The notes under the pieces: generated by a model | What the model saw: only the letters and a program-made list of their open reading frames with translations | Told to the model about the DNA's origin: nothing | Databases searched by the model: none | Assembly (NCBI GenBank): GCA_037142615.1 | Contig: JBAXAI010000008.1 | Location: forward strand, 32,001-96,000 | Direction of reading: 5' to 3' | Source of the DNA: Spirochaetales bacterium | Lineage (GTDB): Bacteria; Spirochaetota; Spirochaetia; JABEVK01 | DNA length: 64,000 nucleotides | Shown: positions 17,551-25,468 of the stretch, piece after piece | Numbering within the stretch: position 1 is the first letter of the stretch | Layout of the letters: each line of letters begins with the position of its first letter | Translations under genes and position numbers: made by a program

Positions 17551-19215
17551 ATGTCCCAGTCTGCCCTTCAAAAGGCCCGTTACGCCTACCAGCCCAAGCT
17601 GCCCCCCGCCCTGCGCGGTGAGGTGAACAGCATCGCCGTCAAGCTCGGCGCCGCCACCACTTCGGTGGCCAACCAGAAGGAACTGAAAGACCTTTTCCCC
17701 CACACCTATGGTGCGCCCTTGGCTCAGGTGGGTGCGGGAACGAACGCTGGAGCGTCCAAGAAGCTGACTCTTGCGGTGGTGCTCTCCGGCGGCCAGGCTC
17801 CCGGTGGCCATAATGTCATCGCAGGGGTGTATGACGGCCTCAAGAAGGGCAACAAGGCGAGTCGGTTGTTGGGCGCCCAGGGTGGCCCCAAGGGCCTGAT
17901 CGACGGCAAGTTCACGGAAATCACCGACAAGTTCATGGACGAATACCGCAACACCGGCGGCTTTGACATGATCGGCTCAGGCCGCGACAAGATTGAAAAG
18001 CCCGAGGATCTGGAAAAAGTGGTGGCCGTGATCAAGGCCAATGCCATCGACGGCGTCGTGGTGATCGGCGGCGACGACAGCAACACCAATGCCGCCGTGC
18101 TGGCCGAGTACTTCCGCGCCAACAAAGTGAGCGCCAGCGTGGTCGGTTGCCCCAAGACCATCGACGGAGACCTGAAAAACGAGCACATCGAAACCAGCTT
18201 CGGCTTCGACACCGCCTGCAAAACCTACAGCGAACTCATCGGCAACATCGGCCGCGACGCCAATTCCGCCAAAAAGTACTGGCACTTCATCAAGCTCATG
18301 GGCCGCAGCGCGAGCCACATCACCCTGGAGTGCGGTCTGCAGACGCAAGCCAACCTGACGCTGATAGGTGAAGAAGTCGCCGCCAACAAAAGTACCCTCG
18401 ATGCCATCATCGAGCAGGTAGCGGGCGTCGTCGCCAAACGCGCCGAAAAGGGCAACAACTTCGGCATGGTCCTCATTCCCGAAGGGCTCATCGAGTTCAT
18501 TCCCGAAGTCGGGGCACTGATCTCGCAGCTTAGCGACGTGCTGGCCCACGACCATGATGGGGCCAACGAGTTCGAGAAGGCGCCCAATCTCGGCGCTCAG
18601 CTTGGGTGGCTCGAGAAGAAGCTGACCAACGCCAACATGGGCGTGTTGGCGTCGCTTCCGGCCGATATCCAGCGCCAACTGTTCTTGGACCGCGATAGCC
18701 ACGGCAATGTGCAGGTGAGCCTCATCGAAACCGAAAAACTGGTCATCGAAATGGTCAAGCGGAAACTCAAAGTTTGGTCAGCCGAGGGCAAGTATAAGGG
18801 CAAGTTCGCAGCCCTGAGCCATTTCTTCGGGTACGAAGGGCGCTGCGCGTTCCCGTCGAACTTCGACGCCGACTACTGCTACAGCCTGGGCTTCAACGCC
18901 TTCGTGCTTTTCAGCGCCGGGCTCACCGGCTACCTGAGCTCGGTGAAGAACACCCACAAGAGCGCCGACCAATGGACCTGCGGCGGGGTGCCGATCACGA
19001 TGATGATGAACCTCGAGCAACGCCACGGCAAACCCAAGCCGGTCATCAAGAAGGCTCTGGTGGAACTGGATGGTAAACCCTTCCTGTACCTGAAGAAGCA
19101 CCGCGAAGCGTGGGCCACCGAGACCTCCTACCTCTTCCCGGGGGCCATCCAGTACTACGGCCCGCCCGAAGTGTGCGACCAGCCTACCAAGACCCTTTTG
19201 CTGGAACAGAACTAG
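17551..19215 (+). CDS. pfp: PPi-dependent phosphofructokinase (long clade)
   Basis: SGGQAPGGHNV, GGDDSNTNA (Asp indicates PPi specificity), PKTIDGD and MGRSASH motifs; 554 aa. Confidence 0.95.
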   Translation: MSQSALQKARYAYQPKLPPALRGEVNSIAVKLGAATTSVANQKELKDLFPHTYGAPLAQVGAGTNAGASKKLTLAVVLSGGQAPGGHNVIAGVYDGLKKGNKASRLLGAQGGPKGLIDGKFTEITDKFMDEYRNTGGFDMIGSGRDKIEKPEDLEKVVAVIKANAIDGVVVIGGDDSNTNAAVLAEYFRANKVSASVVGCPKTIDGDLKNEHIETSFGFDTACKTYSELIGNIGRDANSAKKYWHFIKLMGRSASHITLECGLQTQANLTLIGEEVAANKSTLDAIIEQVAGVVAKRAEKGNNFGMVLIPEGLIEFIPEVGALISQLSDVLAHDHDGANEFEKAPNLGAQLGWLEKKLTNANMGVLASLPADIQRQLFLDRDSHGNVQVSLIETEKLVIEMVKRKLKVWSAEGKYKGKFAALSHFFGYEGRCAFPSNFDADYCYSLGFNAFVLFSAGLTGYLSSVKNTHKSADQWTCGGVPITMMMNLEQRHGKPKPVIKKALVELDGKPFLYLKKHREAWATETSYLFPGAIQYYGPPEVCDQPTKTLLLEQN

Positions 19216-19232
19216 GACGAAGGATCACGGTC

Positions 19233-19886
19233 GTGCTGGAATACATCCACCGCCAGAATATTGACGACCGTGTCCTGAAACGGGCGGTGCGGGTCCTCCG
19301 CGAAGGGGGACTCGTCGCCTTCCCCACCGATACCAGTTGGAGTGTGGCCTGCGACATCAAGTCGCGGGCCGGGGTGGAAAAACTCCGCAAGCTCAAAAAC
19401 ACCAACGACTTCACGCCCACCGTGATGACCACCGGCTTCACCCAGTGGAATGAGTACGTGGACTTGGACAATCGGGCCTACCGGCTGGTCAAGGACTACG
19501 CGCCGGGGCCTTTTGTGTTTGTTTTTCCGGCCAAGCCCCACTTGAAGAACCACTTGGGGCCCAAAAGGTTGGAAGTGGGGTTGCGCATCCCCGACCACCC
19601 CGTTCCGCTGGCGCTGGTGTCGGCGCTCGAAAATCCGCTGCTGAGCATCACCTGCACCCGCAAGTTCTCGCAGCCCGGCTGGTGGGACGACGCCTTTGCG
19701 CAGGAGTACCTGTTCGAGTCGGGCAACGAGCTCGACGACATCACCGCCATCGACCTGATTCTCGATACCGGCGAGCTGCTTCCCATGGTGCTGGCAACGG
19801 TCGTCGACATGACGGGAGCTGAACCCTTGGTCCTCCGTCGAGGCGTCGGCGAGATCGACTTGGAGCTGGCCTCGCCTGCCTCCTGA
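19233..19886 (+). CDS. Sua5/YciO/YrdC family protein (YciO-like)
   Basis: GGLVAFPTDT, PGPF and VGLRIPDHP motifs; start placed at GTG 19233. Confidence 0.82.
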   Translation: MLEYIHRQNIDDRVLKRAVRVLREGGLVAFPTDTSWSVACDIKSRAGVEKLRKLKNTNDFTPTVMTTGFTQWNEYVDLDNRAYRLVKDYAPGPFVFVFPAKPHLKNHLGPKRLEVGLRIPDHPVPLALVSALENPLLSITCTRKFSQPGWWDDAFAQEYLFESGNELDDITAIDLILDTGELLPMVLATVVDMTGAEPLVLRRGVGEIDLELASPAS

Positions 19887-19895
19887 AAAAGAGGC

Positions 19896-19924
19896 TTGAC
19901 TTTTCATAGCCACTAGCCGATATT
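19896..19924 (+). promoter_or_regulatory. Sigma70-like promoter of an orphan small transcript
   Basis: TTGACT-17 nt-GATATT, predicting a TSS near 19930. Confidence 0.5.
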
Positions 19925-19929
19925 GGTAA

Positions 19930-20076
19930 ATGGAACGAGAAAAAGGATCATCAGGCTGGGCGGAAAGCGAGAATGACCTGGAATGATCTTTTGTAGAACG
20001 ATTCGCACCTGAGGTCTTTTTCTTTTTCCAGGACTAACCGCCATCCCCCGAAAGGGCCGTGAGGCGGTTTTTTTTT
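19930..20076 (+). ncRNA. Candidate structured small RNA (family not recognised)
   Basis: Own promoter and terminator; 5' end (TGGAA..AGAAAAAGGATC..TCAGG..GCGGA) is complementary to 20002-20030; no long ORF. Confidence 0.5.
20036..20076 (+). terminator. Intrinsic terminator
   Basis: AACCGCC...GGCGGTT stem with inner CCC-GAAA-GGG hairpin, followed by a T9 run. Confidence 0.75.
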
Positions 20077-20099
20077 GCCCTGCGACTGAAGGCTCAGCC

Positions 20100-20807
20100 T
20101 CAGTTTCCACTTTCGTAAGTGACGAGTTCCAGCGTGCGCAGGGGCGACCCTGGGCCACCCAAGGGGCCTTCGCTGCGGATCAGCAGGTGTGGTGCCGCTG
20201 CGGCAAACCACAGCCTGGTTTTGCCCACAAACGGTCCATAAATGCCGGTCAGGCCGACTTCCACCGGCAGACAGTCCCACGACTTGCCTCCCACCGTGAC
20301 TTTCTGCACCGCGAGGACGTTGAGCTCGAGCGAGTAATCGCCGCTCGACGCGTTGGCACCCAAAAACACCAAGCGCGCGTGTGACACCCGCTCGAAGGGA
20401 AAACCCCGCAGCGCAAAGACGAGCGACGAAAGATCAGCAATCACGAGTTCATCGCTGGCGGCGCTGTGCAGATTCTGCAGGAACTCCGTCTGCCGGCGAA
20501 TCACGGCGTCTTTGGTTCGGGTGGTGGCGTCGATGGCAACCGGGAACAAGGTCTTCGGTTCAAAGCGGACGGCCGTGTCGCCTTCTGCTGCTTTGGTTGT
20601 CCATTCAAGCCAGCTTTTTCCGGAGTCGGAACGGCGTTTGAGCGCCATTTCTACGGTGTTCGTCGTTTTGTTCACCTGCTCGCGATAAACCATGCGCTCG
20701 CTTGCCGGAAAGCCGGGGTCCGACAGGGTGATTTCGGCAAAAGCGGGGGCAACGAGGCAGGAAGTAACAAGGCAAGCCAACAGAACAACGCGGCGAACAA
20801 GTTTCAT
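20100..20807 (-). CDS. Exported hypothetical protein (DUF3108-like beta-rich fold)
   Basis: Signal peptide ending AFA; C-terminal VTVGG..WDC..V....LWF......L.R pattern. Confidence 0.6.
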   Translation of the reverse strand: MKLVRRVVLLACLVTSCLVAPAFAEITLSDPGFPASERMVYREQVNKTTNTVEMALKRRSDSGKSWLEWTTKAAEGDTAVRFEPKTLFPVAIDATTRTKDAVIRRQTEFLQNLHSAASDELVIADLSSLVFALRGFPFERVSHARLVFLGANASSGDYSLELNVLAVQKVTVGGKSWDCLPVEVGLTGIYGPFVGKTRLWFAAAAPHLLIRSEGPLGGPGSPLRTLELVTYESGN

Positions 20808-20827
20808 CCCTGCAAGATCGCTTCGGA

Positions 20828-22792
20828 TCAGGGCGAGGTCAAGACCCGGAAGGTCAGATTCGCCGGGCGAAACACAACCGTGTAGGTGACGCCGGGCGTG
20901 GTGGCGAGTTGGAAGTTATCGTCGGAGGTGCCGTCACTGACAACCGAGGCCGACGCTGCAAGCGTGGACCCCGCAGGAACGGGCGTCGAGGCGTCGTAGG
21001 TGGCGCTGGCAAAGGGCCACGCGGTCGTCCAGCCCTGGGAACCAAACTTGAACGTGACCCACCCCCCCGCCGGAGCAACAAAAGACCGTGAAAGGGTTCC
21101 CGTGCCGTCGTCGGCCAGCAACTGAGAGTCATCCCAGGGTTTTGTGGTCATCGACCCGCGCAAGTACAGCGGCCCGTCAGTGGCACGCTCTACCAACGCC
21201 CCGGGCGTATCGAGCGCGTAAACGCGCAGGGCATACGGCGGCAGGTTGCGCACGGTCAGGGTGCCCGCGCCCGCCACCTTGTCGTCGGTCCCGAACACCG
21301 TCGTGACGGAAACAAAGCCTCCGGGAACTGTGAGGAGCGGCGAGGCCAAATTGCCTAGATTGGCCACGACCAGCGCCCGAGCCCCGGTGCAACCCGTGAG
21401 GAGAAACGCCACAATATCGGCGGCCGAGCTCACGGTTACCCCTTGGATGGCCGGGTCGGTGTACGCTCCCAGCGCGGTGCGCAGGTGAAGCAGTTGACTG
21501 TGCCAGGTCCACAGCGAGTCGGAGGCCAACGCTTGGGCGACTTCGGAGGACCAATTGAACGCCTGCCGAAGGTTGAGGTCGTTGCCGGCCGCCCCGGTCA
21601 TCCCGATCTCGTTGCCGTAGTACACGATCGGCGTCCCCCGCCCCAAGATTGACAAAGCGGCGGCGAGTTGGGCTTTTTCGGGCTGGCCGGCCCACAGGGT
21701 AGCGGGCCGGTCAACCACATTGTCGTGGTTCGACTGGAACACACCGAAGGCGCTGCCGGCCGGCAGCGACGCATTGTCGTCCACCAGGTGACTCAGCAGC
21801 GCCGACGCGCCTCCCGAGGTCAAGTTGTCGCGCAGGGTGTAGGGCCAAATAAAGTCGAGCGCCACATGGAACTCGGGAACACCCCCATTGTTGAGGTAGC
21901 TGCGCACGTTGTTCAGGTCGCCGTCCCAGTTTTCGGCCATCATGAACTTGGCGTAGCCCTGGCTCGTGTACGAGTCCAGGAGTGACCTCAGGTTGTCGAA
22001 AAACGTGTGGGTTTCGGGCTGGTCTTTGAAGTCGCCGTTGGGACCTTCCACCAGGTACTTCACGGCGTCGATGCGCAGGCCGTCGAAGCCAAAGTTCAGC
22101 CATCGGGTGACCACATTGCGCATTTCGGTGACGACCTCGGTATTGCGGTAGTCTAGGTCTGGCATAGAGTTGCTGAACAGGCCGTAGTAGTAGGGCCCCG
22201 CTCCCCACCAGGGGCCGCCCGAAGCGAACGCCGTCCAGCCCGAGGGCTTGGTGGTGCGCCAAACGTACCAGTCCTTGTGGGTCGTGAACCACGGTGACTG
22301 GTTGCTGGTGTGGTTGGGCACAAAGTCAAAAAGCACCCGCAGTCCCTTCGCGTGCGCCGCCAGCAGCAAGTGAGCCAGGTCGTCCCGGGTTCCGAACAGC
22401 GGGGCCACGGTGTCATAGTCAAGGGTATCGTAGCCGTGTTTGTTCCCGCTGCCGGTCGTCAGTGTGGTTGCCTTGAAGATCGGCGACAGCCAAAGCGTGT
22501 TGACGCCCAGGCTGGCGAAATACCCTGCGTTGACCTTGGCCGTCAGGCCGTTGAGGTCGCCGGTGCCGTCGCCGTTGCTGTCGGCAAACGAGGCCACCCA
22601 CAGGTGGTAAATGGCCGTGTTGGAGCGCTCCCAGCCCGCAGCGGCTCCCAGTGATTGACTCGCGGGAGTCAACGCGGGGTCGGGAACCACGGGTTCGGTC
22701 GACGTGGGTAAGTTCCCAGCGGGAACAGGCGCCCCGCAGGACGCGAACATCAGCCACAGCAACAGTACGAACGTGAAGCGCAACAGGTTCAT
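20828..22792 (-). CDS. GH13 alpha-amylase family lipoprotein with C-terminal starch-binding-like module
   Basis: Lipobox FASC; FADSNGDG.GD, HGYD, DFVPNH, GLRIDAVK (nucleophile), AENW (acid/base) and SNHD motifs; C-terminal LYLRGS..WD..FKF. Confidence 0.9.
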   Translation of the reverse strand: MNLLRFTFVLLLWLMFASCGAPVPAGNLPTSTEPVVPDPALTPASQSLGAAAGWERSNTAIYHLWVASFADSNGDGTGDLNGLTAKVNAGYFASLGVNTLWLSPIFKATTLTTGSGNKHGYDTLDYDTVAPLFGTRDDLAHLLLAAHAKGLRVLFDFVPNHTSNQSPWFTTHKDWYVWRTTKPSGWTAFASGGPWWGAGPYYYGLFSNSMPDLDYRNTEVVTEMRNVVTRWLNFGFDGLRIDAVKYLVEGPNGDFKDQPETHTFFDNLRSLLDSYTSQGYAKFMMAENWDGDLNNVRSYLNNGGVPEFHVALDFIWPYTLRDNLTSGGASALLSHLVDDNASLPAGSAFGVFQSNHDNVVDRPATLWAGQPEKAQLAAALSILGRGTPIVYYGNEIGMTGAAGNDLNLRQAFNWSSEVAQALASDSLWTWHSQLLHLRTALGAYTDPAIQGVTVSSAADIVAFLLTGCTGARALVVANLGNLASPLLTVPGGFVSVTTVFGTDDKVAGAGTLTVRNLPPYALRVYALDTPGALVERATDGPLYLRGSMTTKPWDDSQLLADDGTGTLSRSFVAPAGGWVTFKFGSQGWTTAWPFASATYDASTPVPAGSTLAASASVVSDGTSDDNFQLATTPGVTYTVVFRPANLTFRVLTSP

Positions 22793-22835
22793 CGGGTTAC
22801 CACCGGCCCTAAACTACGCCCGACAGGCACCGAAG

Positions 22836-22925
22836 TTCAACCGGTTTAGACAACTTTGGAGAATTTGCCTGCGCGCTGCCGAAAGTCGTGTTTTCATGAT
22901 TCAACCGGTTTATTAAATCGGTTCA
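22836..22925. promoter_or_regulatory. Three LacI-like operator sites in the divergent promoter region
   Basis: TTCAACCGGTTTA at 22836-22848 and 22900-22912 (exact repeat, palindromic AACCGGTT core), plus variant TTAAATCGGTTCA at 22913-22925. Confidence 0.65.
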
Positions 22926-22966
22926 CGGGCGAGCTGCTTACGAAGCTTGCTCTTTCGGAGGAATAT

Positions 22967-24961
22967 GTGATCAGACGAGCGAGCTTGACAACTCTCTGCC
23001 TATTGATGGCGGGGTTGCTGTTTGCCGAGGTCCGCATCAAGGACCTGGACGGGACCAACGTGGAAATCACGTTTACCTACAAGGATGACAAAGCCTCGGA
23101 AATGGGAGTCATCGGCAGTCTTGATAACTGGACCGTTCCCGGCGAAGCGATGGAAAAGAACGCCGATGGCCTGTGGGAAAAGACCATCAAGGCCTTGGCG
23201 ACCGATGAGATCCAGTACAAGTTTTACTCCAAGGGCTCGTGGATCTTCGACGAAAAGTCCCCCGACAAAAAAGACGATGGGTACGGCGCGTTCAACGGCC
23301 TCATCGTGGTGGCCGACATCCTCAGTGGCGTCACCCCGGCAGTACCGGGCGCCGCGCCAGTCACTGTGGCAGGCGTCGCGGTGGTCAACACCTACCCCAG
23401 CAAGCTCAGCTTCGGCATGACAGCCGTCGTCGGTTCAAAAACAACTTTCGCCACCCAGGGCATGGTCGACAAGACCGTCAAAGGCCTGGAAACCGACACC
23501 ACAGGCCTGTACGGGCGAATGACCTGGAACTTCAACGGTACGCTGATGCCGGGCATGACTGTGTTCTTCAATGGAACGGCCTTTGACAAGTACGTTCCCT
23601 TGTGGCAACAGGATTCCACCGGTTTGGTGTCGCCGACGCTGGACCAGAGTGTGGCAGCCCTGGTGAGCGGCCTGTTGGCCAACCCGATCAACTACCTGGG
23701 CGGTGCCAACCCGTCGCTCACTTCGCTCAAAACCGGTATCGAGACACCGCTGCTCAAAATCGAAACCGGTACCGGACAGGCTGCGCCGACCAAGCACAAC
23801 CCGGTGCTGTGGGACACCTTGACCTCGACCAACGCCAACGACGGCTACCTGCGCTTCGACTTGGGGTCAGACCTGCGCAAATGGGGCCCCTTGACCCTTG
23901 ATGCCAACCTCACGCCGAATCGCATCCAGGGCAATCTGGCGGCTTTTGGCTGGATCACTGCGAACGTGGAAAGCTCCACGGTAGACTTCACCTACGCCGC
24001 AAAATCGGCCACCTCGACCGATGTCGCCGCTTTTTTCGACAAAGTCTACGCGCAGGACTTTGCTGCGGGGGTCAAGTCCAGCTTGTTTGGCATTGACCTT
24101 TGGGCCCAGGGCTTGGTGAACGTGTTCAGCGAAAGCCCGTTCGACCCCCTCACGCAATCGGCCGGTGAAGTGAAGCTGGGCTGGAACGGTCCCAAAGACA
24201 TTCTCGATGTCAGCGCCGCCTACCGCTATACGGGCACCATGGCCACCATGATCTTTGGCAACAACAACGATGGCACGGGAACCCAGGGCACCCAGCGCGT
24301 GGCTGTCACCCTGTTCAGCAAGCCGCTCGACAACCTGAAACTGGGTGTCGATGGCAACGGAGTTCTCACCACCGCCAAACTGGCCCAGAACGCGGTCGAG
24401 TTTTACGCCAAGCCCTACTTGGAGCTTCAACTGGCACCCTACCTGGGCAAGACTGCGACCTTAAACGCCTACGCTAAAATGAATTACAACTTGACCGACG
24501 GTGCCACCTACGTTGAAAAGGGGTCGGCGGGACCGTTCATCCTGGGCGAAGGTGGAGCCAAGTTCTGGTTCGCCGACCCGATTCCGGGGGTCTTTACCGG
24601 CGTAGACACCTTTTTGGGCGTGAACAACTGGGACAAGACCAAGGTGTTCACCTCGCTGGTCACCAGCTGGAAACTGCCGGGCAATGGCGAGATCGATGTG
24701 GGAACGGGCCTGCGAACCGTGCGCGACACGGCAGCAGCCTCGGTGTCTACGGCCAACAATGCGGTTGGGTTCGCCTTGGGCGGCTCACTCAAGTTGCCGT
24801 TTCCGGAACTCAAGAGTCCGTTGCTCTACGGAGCCTTCACCTGGAACATGGACCCCTTCGGCGAAGGGTATTACAGCCTGAGCGATTACATCACCAGCGG
24901 GGGCGCTGCCCAAAGCGACGGCAAGTCGCAACTGCGCGCCTTCCTCAAGTGGGAGTTCTAA
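22967..24961 (+). CDS. Exported protein: N-terminal CBM48/AMPK-like glycogen-binding domain plus putative outer-membrane beta-barrel (copy A)
   Basis: GTG with GGAGG SD; signal peptide; V.G..DNW....M.K...G.W.......YKF...G.W..D motif; amphipathic beta-strands; C-terminal FLKWEF. Confidence 0.75.
   Translation: MIRRASLTTLCLLMAGLLFAEVRIKDLDGTNVEITFTYKDDKASEMGVIGSLDNWTVPGEAMEKNADGLWEKTIKALATDEIQYKFYSKGSWIFDEKSPDKKDDGYGAFNGLIVVADILSGVTPAVPGAAPVTVAGVAVVNTYPSKLSFGMTAVVGSKTTFATQGMVDKTVKGLETDTTGLYGRMTWNFNGTLMPGMTVFFNGTAFDKYVPLWQQDSTGLVSPTLDQSVAALVSGLLANPINYLGGANPSLTSLKTGIETPLLKIETGTGQAAPTKHNPVLWDTLTSTNANDGYLRFDLGSDLRKWGPLTLDANLTPNRIQGNLAAFGWITANVESSTVDFTYAAKSATSTDVAAFFDKVYAQDFAAGVKSSLFGIDLWAQGLVNVFSESPFDPLTQSAGEVKLGWNGPKDILDVSAAYRYTGTMATMIFGNNNDGTGTQGTQRVAVTLFSKPLDNLKLGVDGNGVLTTAKLAQNAVEFYAKPYLELQLAPYLGKTATLNAYAKMNYNLTDGATYVEKGSAGPFILGEGGAKFWFADPIPGVFTGVDTFLGVNNWDKTKVFTSLVTSWKLPGNGEIDVGTGLRTVRDTAAASVSTANNAVGFALGGSLKLPFPELKSPLLYGAFTWNMDPFGEGYYSLSDYITSGGAAQSDGKSQLRAFLKWEF
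23060..23350 (+). repeat. 291-bp duplicated CBM48 domain, copy 1 (copy 2 at 25562-25852)
   Basis: 91 of 97 aa identical between copies by manual comparison, with many synonymous differences. Confidence 0.9.
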
Positions 24962-24965
24962 CAAG

Positions 24966-25454
24966 ATGAAATCAAAAACGCATTTTCTGGCGGGGTGGGC
25001 CACCCTGCTTCTGACCTTGGGGCTGCTGACCAGCTGCGACCACGTGCTCCACAACGGCACTTCGATGGCGATCAGCCAGGTCAAGCTCATCGGGCTGCCG
25101 TCGTCGCCCTACGCGGCCGGCACCTCGATGGTGTTCAGCTACAACACCGGCAACGGCTGGATTCATGACCAGGATTCGACGTTCACCGATGCCAAGTACT
25201 CGGCGAAAGTTCTGGCGGACGGCTCGTGGACTCTGAACTTCAGCCCGGCGTTGCTCCTGACGGCTTCGCAACTGCAATACCTGCTGATCGACGCGGGCAA
25301 AAACTGGAACACGATGAAAATCACCAAAAAGATCAGTGGCCAAAGCGGAATCGGCGACGACGGCTTGATGGATAACCTTTGGTCTGGTGCCAGCGCGCCT
25401 ACCTCGCTGGTCGGAACCGTCAGCGGCAGCGACGTGACGTGGGTGTGGCAGTGA
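24966..25454 (+). CDS. Small lipoprotein, putative carbohydrate-binding
   Basis: Lipobox LTSC; Trp-containing beta-rich domain; 4 nt after the barrel A stop. Confidence 0.7.
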   Translation: MKSKTHFLAGWATLLLTLGLLTSCDHVLHNGTSMAISQVKLIGLPSSPYAAGTSMVFSYNTGNGWIHDQDSTFTDAKYSAKVLADGSWTLNFSPALLLTASQLQYLLIDAGKNWNTMKITKKISGQSGIGDDGLMDNLWSGASAPTSLVGTVSGSDVTWVWQ

Positions 25455-25468
25455 GAAGGAACATGACC

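Noticed and set aside
19945-19985. SRP (4.5S) RNA identity for the sRNA candidate
   Set aside because: The conserved domain IV CAGG...GGAA...AGCAG arrangement is not reproduced
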